Origin: Octopus sinensis
Taxonomy: Eukaryota
DNA: 64,000 nt
Direction of reading: 5' to 3'
Assembly (NCBI RefSeq): GCF_006345805.1
Contig: NC_043014.1
Span: 32,054,001 to 32,118,000, forward strand
Shown here: piece by piece, positions 51,287-64,000 of the stretch
Numbering within the stretch: position 1 is the stretch's first letter
How the letters are laid out: the number at the start of each line of letters is the position of its first letter
Notes under the pieces: generated by a model
The model's input: only the letters and a program-made list of their open reading frames with translations
Databases searched by the model: none
What the model was told of the DNA's origin: nothing
Made by a program: the position numbers and the translations under genes

Positions 51287-51488
51287 TTGTGTGTCTGTGT
51301 TTGTTCCCCCAACATCGCTTGACAATGGATGCTGGTGTGTTTACATCCCGTAACTTAGCAGTTTGGCAAAAGAGGCTGATAGAATAAGTACTAGGCTTAC
51401 AAAGAATAAGTCCTGAGGCCAATTTTCTCAAATAAAGGCAGTGCTCCAGCATGGCCGCAGTCAAATGACTGAAACAAGTATAAGAGAG
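51081..51488 (+). mobile_element. tRNA-derived SINE family A, full length
   Basis: Colinear with 30564-30972. Confidence 0.92.
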
Positions 51489-51493
51489 TGTAT

Positions 51494-51700
51494 ATCATCA
51501 TCATCATTGTTTAGCATCCGCTTTCCATGCTAGCATGGGTTGGACGGTTCAACTGGGGTCTGGGAAGCCAGAAGGCTGCACCAGGCCCAGTCTGATCTGG
51601 CAATGTTTCTACGGCTGGATGCCCTTCCTAACGCCAACCACTTCATGAGTGTAGTGGGTGCTTTTTACGTGCCAGATGATGCTGGCAAACGGCCATGATC
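51494..51700 (-). mobile_element. Family C element
   Basis: TTTCCATGCTAGCATGGGTTGGACGG...GGATGCCCTTCCTAACGCCAACCAC. Confidence 0.88.
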
Positions 51701-51878
51701 GCTCCTTATATATATATATATATAAGGAGCAAATATTTAGGAGTGAATATTTATATAGATATTATGATTGTTATTATTATCCAGGGTAATATAAATAAGT
51801 GATAATAACAGCAACAATAATATAAATGGTTGCAGGCCTAAAATAGCATTATATAGCTATAGAATTAAAATTTATATC

Positions 51879-51992
51879 AATCATAAGGGCATACAAATGC
51901 ACCTGCTTGCTAGAAATAAGAGTCAAAACACTCAATGATGGTTTTTAACTCTTACTTCTAGCAGGCAGATGCATTTGTGTGCCCTTATGATA
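51879..51992. repeat. ~50-bp-arm inverted repeat
   Basis: ATCATAAGGGCATACAAATGCACCTGCTTGCTAGAAATAAGAG vs CTCTTACTTCTAGCAGGCAGATGCATTTGTGTGCCCTTATGAT. Confidence 0.9.
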
Positions 51993-52404
51993 TATATATT
52001 GTTGAGTTGAAATCCATATCAGCAAATTATACTCTAGGGCTGTGCTTTTAAAGACAAGTGGATTTTAAAACATTCCTTACTTAAAAAGCAGGTATGGGTT
52101 AATACCAGGAAAGCCATTTGGCCATAAAACAATGCCTCAGGAAGTATTTGCCAAACCAATTCTAGCAGGGAAAAAGGAAAGAATTAGAGAAGAAATATAT
52201 ATATAAGGTTAGCTGAGTTAGAGGTTAAAATAATTGTCTAAGGGATAGAAGTATCCATTACACTACTGGTATATTACCAATGCTCAACTATGGGCATATG
52301 TATGCAAACATATTAGGCTCATAAATTATACACACACACACACACATATATATAAATATATATATATAAATATACATCTCTCTCTCTCTATATATATATA
52401 TATA

Positions 52405-52436
<32 letters not shown>

Positions 52437-52715
52437 AATATACACACATATATATACATATGTATATCTTTATATATATGTGCGTGTATGTACATTTATA
52501 TATATGTGTGTGTGTGTATTCATATTTATATATATACATGTATACACATATATGAATATATTAATATAAGTATAAATGCAGTATATATATAAATAACAAT
52601 ATGTATATATACATATATATGTATATATACAGATAGACATATGTATGTATGTGTGTATGTATGTTTGTATGTATGTATGTATGTATGTATCTATCTATCC
52701 ATCTAGCTATCAATC

Positions 52716-52747
<32 letters not shown>

Positions 52748-53215
52748 TATATATATATACATATATATATATTATATATATACATATACACATGCATAAT
52801 AAGAGGTGATGTTGGTGTGTATGTGTTGTGTGTAGAGTTTACCTTTGAGACATGTCTTTATTGAAAAATATGTTACTGTTTTGTCAACGTTAATTTTAAT
52901 TTCTTATAATTTCTGCAGAACTCTCAAGAGAAATTAGGAAATAAGCAGATAAAATTATGATTGGCATTGTATCAACACATACGCTCATGTGTACGGACAT
53001 TCTGCCATACATATGCCTATTCATAGATGTACATACCCACACACTCACATAGAGGTACATGCACACACTCATGCAAAGACATTGATGTATGCACATAGAA
53101 GTATATATAGACAAACATACGTACAGCAATATGGTCTCTGTGTATGTGTTTAGCTGTGCCTAGATGTATATCAAGTTAATATACATACATATACATATGT
53201 ATGTGTGTGTATTTA

Positions 53216-53601
53216 GGCACAGGCATGGCTGTGGTTAGAAGCTTGCTTCCCAACCAAATGGTTCCAGGTTCAGTCCCACTGCGTAGGACCTTGGGCAAGT
53301 GACTTATACTGTAGCCTCAGGCTGATCAAGGAGTTGGTTGATGGAAACTGAAAGAACCCTGTTGTATATATATATATATATATACATATGTATATGTTTT
53401 TGTGCATGTGTCTGTGTTTGTCCCTTCACCATCACTTGACAACTGATGCTGGCGTGTTTACATCCCCGTAACTTAGCGGTTCAGTAAAAGAGGCTGAAAG
53501 AATAAGTACTAGGCTTACAAAGAATAAGTCCAGGGATTGATTTGTTTGACTAAAGGCAGTGCTCCAGCATGGCTGCAGTGAAATGACTGACACAAGTAAA
53601 A

Positions 53602-53603
<2 letters not shown>
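53216..53603 (+). mobile_element. tRNA-derived SINE family A
   Basis: Colinear with 30564-30972. Confidence 0.9.
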
Positions 53604-53637
<34 letters not shown>

Positions 53638-53774
53638 TTTTACTTGTGTCAGTCATTTCACTGCAGCCATATATATATATATATATCATCATCATGATAT
53701 ACATACATATATATAAATAAAACATATGCATATATACATACATATATGTACATACCTACATCTACATGTATATA

Positions 53775-53925
53775 TACATGCATATATGGGTACAGGACAC
53801 AAAAAAACGTAGAACACAAGGAGAAACAAAAACATGGAAACAGACTTTTTCAAACAACAAAAAAAACAGAGTACAAGACATACAACACAAGGAATATTAC
53901 CCTTCTTCAGCTGCCCCTGCTTCGT
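53775..53925 (-). mobile_element. Penelope-like pLTR-type fragment (family E)
   Basis: Minus strand CAGGGGCAGCTGAAGAAGGG...GTCCTGTACCCATATA, homologous to 3843-4003. Confidence 0.55.
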
Positions 53926-54098
53926 TTGTGTATATGTTTACATTTATGTATATTGACTACAATATGAGAGGATTTTAGCTCTTATTTCTAGCAATGTAGG
54001 TGTTTCTTAAAACCCTAGTCACATTTAGTGACAATTACAATTCTCCTTTTCAGTGAAACATTGCAAACAACTGTTTATACTAATTTTACATATATATA

Positions 54099-54953
54099 CA
54101 GGGTGAATATATTGTCTAAATTATGCAAAAATGAAAATAACACTGACATCTCATTTTAACAGATATATTTACCAAAATTACATAAAAATATTTTGAAATA
54201 CTAAAGAGTAAATTTATTTAATATATCACCATTGGCTTCAACTATGGCCCCTAGATAACATTGGAATCTCCTTCAACTCTTCTGGACAGTTTCCTTGTTG
54301 GTAAATGCTACCATAATCCTTGCCTTCAGGTCATCTTTGGTGTTACAAGGAGTTTTTTTTTTTGTCCCTTGCTCAACTGCACACCATATATAATAATAAA
54401 GGGAGCTGCAGTCTGGGGAGTTAGATGGCCAAATGTTAGGGGAGATGTGGTGGCCAGATTTTAGGGGTGATGTTGTCATAGAAATTGTCTGACAACCATG
54501 ACTGGTTCTCTTGCTTGTGTGACATGGTGCAGAGTCCTATTTCCAGACACAGGTCTTCTAGCAGCCACCCTCTTGACCCAGGGCAGCACTACCTTCTCCA
54601 GGAACTTGATGTAGACCTCTGTGTTGAATCTGAGGCTTTGTGGGAAGATGAATGGAGACATAACACTAGTGATCACTCCAAGCACCATGATGTTGACTGG
54701 ATGTTTGATTTTTATCACTCTCGGTATATGTCTTGGGGACACGGTAGGCCAACAGTTGCTTTGTGTGTTCACCTTCTATTCGTATTAGAGCTTCTGGCTT
54801 GAATGCCAAGAAGTACAGCATGTCGTTTCCAAATTTCTGGCAGAGTTAATTGCATCCCTACTATACTAGGTAGTTGACAAAATAAAAAATAAACAATGCA
54901 CATATGCAAAGTTAAAAATGTAAAACAGTGACAATTTACCCATCACACCCAGT
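54099..54953 (-). mobile_element. Decayed Tc1/mariner-superfamily element, maT/DD37D-like
   Basis: KHPVNIMVLGVITS..FIFPQ..NTEVYIKFLEKVVLPW, QDSAPCH, IWPSNSPDCSSLYYYIW; TA-flanked degenerate CA(G/CT)GGGTG ends. Confidence 0.8.
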
Positions 54954-55128
54954 GTATATATATATATATATATATGTTGGCAGTTATATGTTATGATATA
55001 TACATACATACATACATACATATATATATATATATATGTATATGTGTATGTATGTGTGTATGTATGTATGAGAGTGTGAGTGTGTAAGCATGTGTGTGTG
55101 TATGTATATATATATATGTTTATATATG

Positions 55129-55159
<31 letters not shown>

Positions 55160-56199
55160 GCAAATAAGTAACAAGGAAATCCGGGCACCAATGCATTACA
55201 GCCGTTTCAAGCAACTCCATTCAGTTGATCAATGCAAACATTCCATCAATTTGAAATAAACCACTCTCCTCGGTAGCATATGACCATATAGATTTCCATG
55301 ATACAGGATACTCCATCGCAATTTTTTAGCAAATCTTTCATCAGTGCTAGAGACTAAAATAATTACATTGCTTCTTTTTGCTATTATTGTAGCAGAATGA
55401 ATTTGGGTCAAAATACCTAAAGCCTATTATAATTTAGAATGGCAGAAGAAAATAATGGGGTTCAAGAAAGAGAAATGGTGATATAACTACATTCATCTTT
55501 ATCCTTATCACATTCAAGAGACCCAATGCTGCAAGTAGTCTACATCCCCTTAGAATTAAAACCATTGAGAATTGACAGTTAAGTTCTTGTTTGTTGATGA
55601 TGAATTAATTAATGTCAGATAATCTTCCCTGCCCCTATTTTACTGTGACCATAAAACCAGCCATATCTTCATAAAAGAATATGTTTCAGAAGATGCTAGC
55701 AAGATAATGATAAATAGAGCCAAGGTGATAACCAGAAAAAGGAAGGGCAGGCGTGACTTAACATATTATGATTATCAACTAAAAGGGGCCTAAAATGGAA
55801 AACAAAGGAGGTCACAATGAGATCTAAGTGTGGGGATTACAAGTAAGGGGTGGAGTGGGGTGGGGGAAGTGTGCCTCCAAAACTTAGCAAAATTTATATA
55901 TTAAAAATTAAAAATTTAGAAAAGGATTTAAAGACCAGGTAAGAGAAGAAGGATAGATAGAACAATACAATCCATAAAAGTGTGGTGGGGGAACCTTTTC
56001 AATCTCAGTCACAGATTTTTAAATTAATTGTTTTTAACTAAACAGTTTGAAACTTCAGATACTGGTTGAATGTGTAATGTAGAACATGGTTTACTCTCAA
56101 AGTTTTTGACAAAAATTTGTATTTTTGAAGTTATTTCATGTTAAAGTTGTCATATTTGGGTTTTCTTGTAATTATTTGAAAGTACATCACATTGGTAGA

Positions 56200-57090
56200 T
56201 TACGTTTTTAGTTTTACCTTTATTTAAGAATTCTCAAGTCTCTGCAGCCACATAGATTAGTATGATTATCTGTGCCTATGATATGTTTGTGGGGGCGGAT
56301 TATTATTTATAAGGTGGTTGTCTGAATTTTTAGAGGGCAAGTTATTTGGGGGCTCCCTTATTATATCAATCAATTGGTTGTTGTGCTTTTTATTGTTATT
56401 CTTCCTAGTTTCATATAAGACATCTAGCTTTTTATTGTTGATAGAGGTTATAATAGCTTGCTAGGCTATGTCCTACTCTAATTTTATTGCTAAAGATTTC
56501 TGAGTATTTGGTGCTTATTTATAAGTCTCATTACAGATTTAACCATACTGGTTTTTAGTTTCATCGCGAAGGGGATTATTAGCCAGATGTTACCTTTATT
56601 CCATTTGTTATTTTTAATATTTTTGTTTTTGGTGTAGAAACTGCCCTCATTATTATTGTAGATCGTAAAGTTATGGTTATAATTATTGTTCTTCTTTCTA
56701 TTGTTACTTTTATTACTATTACTATCAGCTTTTATTTCATTTACCAGAGACTTTATTGGTTCTTTGAAGTGTGTTATTTTAATTTTTATTGTTATTAATA
56801 TTTTTCTTGGTATTGTTATCATTCCCATTATTAGTATCATTATCATGCTTAATGTTGTTATTAATATTATTATGAATCTTATCGTTCTTCCTACTATTTT
56901 CAATATTACTACTACTATTACTATTAATGTTATTCTTATTATTTTTGTGATTATTATGATAGACATTTTAGCTATTATTCCTATTATTTTAATTTTGAAT
57001 ATTTATGTTATTCAGGTTATTTTTATAGGATTCTGTGTAAAGGTACTTAATTTATTGCTTATAACCAGCTTATATTGGAGCAACTAAAAA
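56200..57090 (-). mobile_element. Decayed Penelope-like ORF remnant with low-complexity AAT-rich insert
   Basis: NIWLIIPFAMKLKTSMVKSVMRLINKH resembles the PLE RT-to-GIY-YIG linker; judged by eye only. Confidence 0.5.
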
Positions 57091-58159
57091 TGAAATGAAA
57101 CTTAGTTATAATTCTCATTGCTCAAGTTTCAGAAATAGAAGTAAAGCGAACTCTACCGGACTAAGTAGTAACATCTAGGAATTGAAAGACAAAAACATTA
57201 ATTATAGATTAGAATGGCATATCCTAGTCGAAACGTCTTCATATAATCTTAATGATAATTGCTATAATTTATGCATAAATGAGAAATTCTTCATTTTAAT
57301 GACCAAATCAGAATTACTTAATAAATGAGACAAGAAAAATAAAACATGTTTGCATAAAGATAAATTCTTATTCTCTAAATACTGCTAATACCCACACTAT
57401 ATGTTACTAGTTGACCTGCCTAACATCTTATTACCTCTCCTAACCATCCCACTTACCACAGAGCATAATTTAACATCATATCACAGTTTTACATTGAATT
57501 ACCTCGATTAACTGAACTATTTAAAATTCTACGTTGTACACCTGGCCAGATAATCCTCTATAATATATTCACTTTAAAGCTTGATTGCCTACTCACATAA
57601 CACGTTATATTTTTTATTTTTATTGATTTTTATAGATTTTTACTCTTTACCTTTTTATTATTCCTTTATGTAGCCCATATATATATATACATTATGTTAT
57701 ACCAACTTTTAAAAATCATCCTTAGTTTTGAACAAGGGCCTTATTTGTAATCATACGGACTAACTGAACGATCACTAACAGCGTTATATATGACAATTAC
57801 CAACACTGGATATCTCCACCAGGTATAACTCCCTCGATTAACACTGCCAGTCAACTAGTCATTTTCCACACTTACTGCTCCATTCAGCTAACTAAAGAAA
57901 CATACAAACACGCGGAACCCAAAAAAGTCACAAAAATGTAAGCCTAAAGACTTGATGAACTTTTTCCCTTTCCTTTCATTTCTCTTTTTCTCCTATTTAT
58001 ATTCCTCTAAATTATTCTGATGATATTTGTTAAATGGAATGAGATAAATGCAAATTTACTTAATTTAACTGAATCTTAATTATTTCTTATACATACACAC
58101 ATGCACACACACACATATACACACACATATATATATACATATATAAAGGTATGTATGTA

Positions 58160-58510
58160 TCATCATCATCATCATCATCATCATCATAATCATCATCTTC
58201 ACTATTTAATATCCATTTTCTATGTTTGCATAGGTTGAGGAGTTTGACAGGAGCTGGAGGAACAGAGCACTGTGCCAAGCTCTGCTAGCCACTTTGGCAT
58301 GGTCTCTAAAGCCAACCACTTTGCACAGTGTAGTGAGTGCTTTTTCTTTGGCACCAGCACCAGAGTGTTTATTAAGCAAGTCACAAAGCAAGGACCCCTC
58401 AAATGAGGGGAGGAAGCTTTATTGTTGAAGGAGGTGGCTTTGTGTCAGATGAAGAGAGGTTTAAGTATTGAAGAGGGACAGAAACAGGTATCTTGATGTG
58501 GATACCCTGG
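58160..58510 (-). mobile_element. Family C element, diverged
   Basis: (CAT)n..CCATTTTCTATG..GCCAACCACTTT. Confidence 0.6.
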
Positions 58511-58742
58511 TTGAAATAAAACAAGGAGAGAAAGGAGAAAGAGAAGATGGTGATGAAAGGTGTGTTGGGGGTGCACCCTCAAGATACAAAAAGGTGAACG
58601 TAAGTGGAGTGGTACAAAGGATTGGATAGGGTGAGTGCGTAAGTAATTTCACGAGGCTGTATGTATGCATGCATGTACACACACACACACACATGCTCAC
58701 ACACACTCACACAAAATCACATTGCTAGCATACCTGACAACT

Positions 58743-58975
58743 TATTTTTTTACTACCCACAAAGGGCTAAACACAGAGAGGACAAACAAGGACACACCAA
58801 CGGATTAAGTTGATTATATCGACCCCAGTGCGTAACTGGTACTTATTTAATCAACCCCGAAAGGATGAAAGGCAAAGTCGACCTTGGCGGAATTTGAACT
58901 CAGAACGTTACGGTAGACGAAATACGGCTACGCATTTCACCTGGCGTGCTAACGTTTCTGCCAGCTCGCCGTCTT
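58743..58975 (-). mobile_element. SINE family B monomer with 15-bp TSD
   Basis: GCATACCTGACAACT at 58728-58742 and 58978-58992. Confidence 0.92.
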
Positions 58976-59382
58976 CTGCATACCTGACAACTAACACACT
59001 AATATACATGTACACACATTCACAATGACACTTGTACATATGTACATGCACATACTCTGATACATTCATACATGAAGACAGTTAACTTTTAGATGAGTTT
59101 GACTATCACTGACAAAGCAATGCCTGTGCAAAGTTTTAGACCTAATAAGGATTGCACAGCTCTTCACAAACCCTCTCCACCATACTGACATGATCCAGAG
59201 ACAAGCCAAGGCAAGATACCCCATGCCAATATGGGTTCCAGGATTAATAATGTGGGAATACCAAGATCTCAAGTGCATGCAAAACATTCCCAAAATGTCC
59301 AGTTCCATTCCCTGCATTTCTGATTTTCTATTAGAGTAACCTTCTCCTAAAGACATGTTTCAACAAAAGCTGAAGTACCCTT

Positions 59383-59710
59383 GCATACATACATCCATCC
59401 ATCCATCCATCCATCCATCCATCCATGCATGCATGCATGCATGCATGCATGCATACATACATACATACATACATACATACATACATACATAGATGCATGC
59501 ATACATACATGCATACATGCATACATACATACATACATGCATACATACATACATACATGCATGCATACATACATACATGCATACATACATACATACATAC
59601 ATACATACATACATGCATACATACATACATGCATACATACATACATGCATGCATGCATGCATACATACATACATGCATGCATACATACATACATACATAC
59701 ATACATGCAT
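59383..59710. repeat. (TACA/TGCA/TCCA)n microsatellite
   Basis: Direct inspection. Confidence 0.95.
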
Positions 59711-59711
59711 T

Positions 59712-60667
59712 TCAGCATGATCAGCAAGGCAGTCTATCATGGACCAGAAACCGGATTACTGGGTCCCACTTTGAAAGGTATGCGTTTGCAACCCAGGAAC
59801 AGGAAATATCAACCAAATACTTGATACACAAAAGGGATAGAGATGCAGGAAAAGTAGCAAAATGTGATAACCGATGCAGACTTTGTAGAGTTAACACTGA
59901 AGGCATCACCCACATCAAAGCAGTTGTCCAAAAATGTCATCACAGTCTTATTTACCCATGAGACATGATGTTGTAGCTAGGATACTTTATAATCAAATCC
60001 ATTGAAGAGATAACCCCAAAGACAAAGAAATAAGAACCTACAGTACAGTAGAAGCCATAGCCACTCATAATAAAAAGGACTACTGGTGGAATGTCCCAGT
60101 GAAAACCACAATAAAATGTAAACACAACAGACATGATATAATGATTTGAGATAGAGAAAAGAAACTGTATACAATTGTGGAAAGCAGCTGCCCAGTGGCT
60201 GTTAGCATAAAGCTAGAGATCAGTGAAAAGGAGAATGCCTACACCGAACTATTGAGAAATCTGCAATTACTCTACCCAGATTACAAGTTCAGGTTTATAC
60301 TTGTAATTATTGGGGCACTGGGATATGTAACACACTGCCTAAATACCAATCTTGAGAAATTAGGCTTCTCAAAGTCAGAAAAGGAGAAAGCTGATTTGAA
60401 GGTTATAGATCCAAGACATCACTGGGACTGTAAAAATCTGTAAAACATTTCAGAAGTTTGTCATTCAAGTATATATGAACATGTATAGATATGCAAGTAT
60501 ATGCATGAAAATACATACATAGAACAAAACATACAGATCTGTACATATACATACATACAAAAATACCCTGTTGTTGATGTTGAAATTCCAATGAAGGAGC
60601 CTTGGATCTAGGTTAGAAACCAGCTCTTTCTCTATTGGCAAGAAATCTTGAAATAAAACTGAATAAT
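59712..60667 (+). mobile_element. R4-like RLE non-LTR retrotransposon, 5'-truncated, between (CATA)n tracts
   Basis: SHFERYAFATQEQEISTKYL...CRLCRVNTEGITHI..CPKM..YLPMRHDVVA...EKENAY..LYPDYKF..IIGALG; AATAAA at 60652. Confidence 0.9.
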
Positions 60668-60789
60668 GACATACATACATGCATACATACATTACATACA
60701 TATATACATACATACATACAGTTGCATATGTACATACATACATACGCACATACATACATACATACATACATACATACATACGTACATAC

Positions 60790-61290
60790 ATGATGGCCGT
60801 CCACTCGTGACCGAGGAAACCATTGCCGACCTTCGGGAACATTGTGTGCTCTAGGACGACTAACTTATATTTTGCATTTGCAGATCCGTTGGTGGCTAAT
60901 GAGCCCTGCTCTTGACAAGCATACACGACTGCAAACATTGCAGACCAAGCTTTCCCCATTCACTATATGAGCCATGTGCTTTCATGCAACTCGCTAAAGT
61001 TCTTCATGCTGGATACGTGCTCTCTCAAAAGTGTCAATCCCCTCTTTAACCTGCTTCCTCCATCTGTGGCAATGACAGGCATTGTTCTCCCAGTCAGTGT
61101 CCTGCATATCATAGGCCTTTAATGAGGACTTGACACAGTCCTTAAATCGCAGCCTTGGTTTCTGCCAGAGTCTCCTTCCATTCACAAGTTCTCCATAGAG
61201 CATCTGCTAAGGAATCCTTCTATCCTTCATTCTAATAAGGTTTCCAGTCCAACGCAACCAGTGCTTGTGTACTCAAGATATCAGCTGTCC
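60790..61290 (-). mobile_element. RTE-clade LINE 3' end
   Basis: LRWTGNLIRMKDRRIP*QMLYGEL...RLRFKDCVK...RWR, then CNVCSRVCLSRAGLISHQRI zinc finger and (TGTA)n tail. Confidence 0.88.
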
Positions 61291-61481
61291 TCATACATAC
61301 ATACATACAAATATACATACATGCATACAGTTGCTTTTATGAAGAGATGTTAATACAAACATACATCTTGATGTACACAAATCTGGACACTGAACAACAC
61401 AGCCATACATTTGCACACCACAGACTCAAACATATATTTAAACAAGCTGTTACAAATGCTCACACATTCAAACACACACAT

Positions 61482-61532
<51 letters not shown>

Positions 61533-61564
61533 ACATCTTTCGCTGTACATTCTGGAATAGACAA

Positions 61565-63135
61565 GACACACCATGACAACTATAACCATCACCATCACTA
61601 TGGTTACAATAACAATTATAGCCAGATACCACCACCACCACCACCACAACCACTACCACGACCATCACCATCACTACTACTACTCTACTACAAATACCAC
61701 AACCACCACTACGGCAACAATCACAACCACCGCCACCATCACCACTACCACCACCACAACTACCACCACCACAACCACCACCGCCATCACCACCACAACC
61801 ATCACCACCTCTACCATCACCACTTCTACCACCACAACCCCCATCACCTACCACAACCCCCACCACTTCAACACCCAGCAGCATTAGCAGCAGCATTAGC
61901 AGCAGCATTAGCAGCAGCAGCAGCAGCACCACCACCACCACACAACCACCACTACAACCACCTCCACCACTACTACAGCCATCTCCACCACCACAACCCC
62001 AACAAGCAGCAGCAGTACCCCCACCTCTACCGCCACTACCACTTTTATATCCACACACCACCTTCGACACCAGAGACACAAGTACCACAGTTATCACCAC
62101 CGCTACCACCACACTACCACCAACACACCACCCCTACTTGTACAGTAAGATCAAGTAAAGAGGAAGACATATCATTCTTAAGTGTCCAACTAATGGTGTC
62201 TTGACCTTTATCCTAAACATTGTTGACCTTCAATTAATTATTGCCGGACAATTCATTAGGACGGATCTTGGGAAAAAAATAAATGTGTGTGAGTGTGTTT
62301 GTGTGTGGTAGGGAGGGGAATGTGAGGGGTATCAGCATTATACCCACCACCACCACCACCATCCACCAAAACCACCACCACCACCACCACCACCTCATCA
62401 TCATCATCATCGTCATCATCATCATGACATCATCATTATCAACAGCTGCAACGACATCACCATGTTTGTCTTCACCTCCACACCACCACATCAATAACAA
62501 CCACCACCGCAACAGCAACCACCACCTCAACAACAACTACTACCGTGATGATGATTATCATCATCATCAGCAGCAGCAGTTGTAGCAGCAGCATGCTCAT
62601 ATTCATCCACCACCACCACCATCACCACCACCACTATCTCCGATAACAGCATCAACATCATCACTATCATCATCATCTTCATCCTCATCACCATAATCAC
62701 CACCACAACCACCATTACATCATCACTACCATCACCGTCACCATCACCACCACTACTATCACCACCACCGCCATCATCATTATCATCACCACCACTACCA
62801 CCACAACCACCACCATCATCATCATTGCTAACAATATCTCTAACAATCAATGCAGCCAATGAAACCACCACCATCACCACCACCACCACCACCACCATGG
62901 TGTTATTAGCAAAACCATCCCACACCCTGACACTACTATCATCACTATCACAACCACCACAATGTACTGCTACCTTTACTATCACAATGATCACACTTCA
63001 AACACCACAACAACTACAACCACAACAACCATCACATATCACACACCACCACCACCACCATCACTACAAAAACTACTACAACCACCACCATCACCATCAA
63101 AACCTTCACAACTGCACCTCACATTATACTACCAC
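61565..63135. repeat. Long C/A-rich (CAC/CAT/CAA/TAC)n cryptic trinucleotide field
   Basis: Direct inspection; resumes at 63690-63890. Confidence 0.9.
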
Positions 63136-63137
63136 CT

Positions 63138-63424
63138 GGTAGACGGAAACTGAAAGAAGCCCATCGTATATATGTGTATATATATATATATTATATATAT
63201 ATGTATGTATGTGTGTACGTTTGTGTGTCTGTGTTTGTCTCCCCACCATCGCTTGATGACCTATGCTGGTGTGTTTATGTCCCTGTAACTTAGCAGTTCG
63301 GCAAAAGAGACTGATAGAATAAGTACTAGGCTTACAAAGTCCTGGGGTCGATTTGCTCGACTAAAAGGCAGTGCTCCAGCATGGCCACAGTGAAATGACT
63401 GAAACAAGTAAAAGAGTAAAAGAG
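63138..63424 (+). mobile_element. SINE family A, 5'-truncated
   Basis: GGTAGACGGAAACTGAAAGAAGCCC...GAAACAAGTAAAAGAGTAAAAGAG. Confidence 0.9.
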
Positions 63425-64000
63425 CACCTACCACCATGACTACTACTACTACTACTACTACTACTATCACTAGCACACATACACACAAACCACCACAACA
63501 TACAGGCACCAATACCAACATCACTGAGCAAATGAATGAAACTACACATTGCCATCCATGGAAAAGAACGCATTGGTTAAGGTGGTCCAGTCTTCCCTAC
63601 TTATAGGAAAAAGGCAAGAAGGTCATGGCAGGAAGGGCTATGATTTTTGGCTTAATTGATTGATCAACAGTGACCTGGGGCTAAATAAAAACAACAACAC
63701 AACAACCATCACTAGCACCACTACAAACACCATTGACAGCCACCACTCACACCACCACCAAACACCACCACCAAACACCACCACCACCACTGCCATCATC
63801 AACAAAACATCCCAACCATCAATTACCTTCACCACCACCACCACCACTACCACTACCACTGCCACCACCAACGCCACCACCACTATTTTATATAAAAATG
63901 GCAGCTGTACACAAGTTGAAGACAATTTCTCAAAATGATGGTTGAAACAACAGAAAGGCTTGGGAAAAATTAGAAAATGGAAGAATTTCTGAGTCTTTCA

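Noticed and set aside
57170-57245. CTAGGA/TCCTAG stem followed by GAAACGTC as a hammerhead
   Set aside because: No CUGANGA box found upstream
59066-59380. Unique block with a 96-aa minus-strand ORF
   Set aside because: No recognisable motif or splice structure; cannot be classified
61347-62204. 285-aa His/Pro/Ala-rich ORF, the longest in the track
   Set aside because: Read-through of (CA)n and CAC-type triplet arrays; no domain or splice evidence

Overview
Eukaryotic, AT-rich, microsatellite-saturated non-coding DNA with the repeat content typical of an octopus (cephalopod) genome; the taxon is inferred from SINE families, not proven. I find no supportable host protein-coding exon, and nearly all ORFs in the track are read-throughs of (TA)n, (CA)n, (TACA)n or (GAT)n tracts. 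The window holds about 40 SINE copies from four families, decayed R4/Dong-like, RTE and CR1/L2-type LINE 3' ends, mariner and maT-like DNA transposon relics, two non-autonomous Helitrons, a solo LTR with a 4-bp TSD, foldback MITE-like elements, and many Penelope-like (pLTR-type) fragments sitting in TA tracts. The most notable signal is a set of type I hammerhead ribozyme folds in those fragments. At least three (13726-13825, 19698-19783, 26499-26607) have sequence-unrelated but complementary stems and an unusually large 49-64 nt loop II insertion. Also notable are several local inverted templated copies and a dimeric SINE that moved as a single unit. Coordinates were counted by eye and may be off by a few bases.
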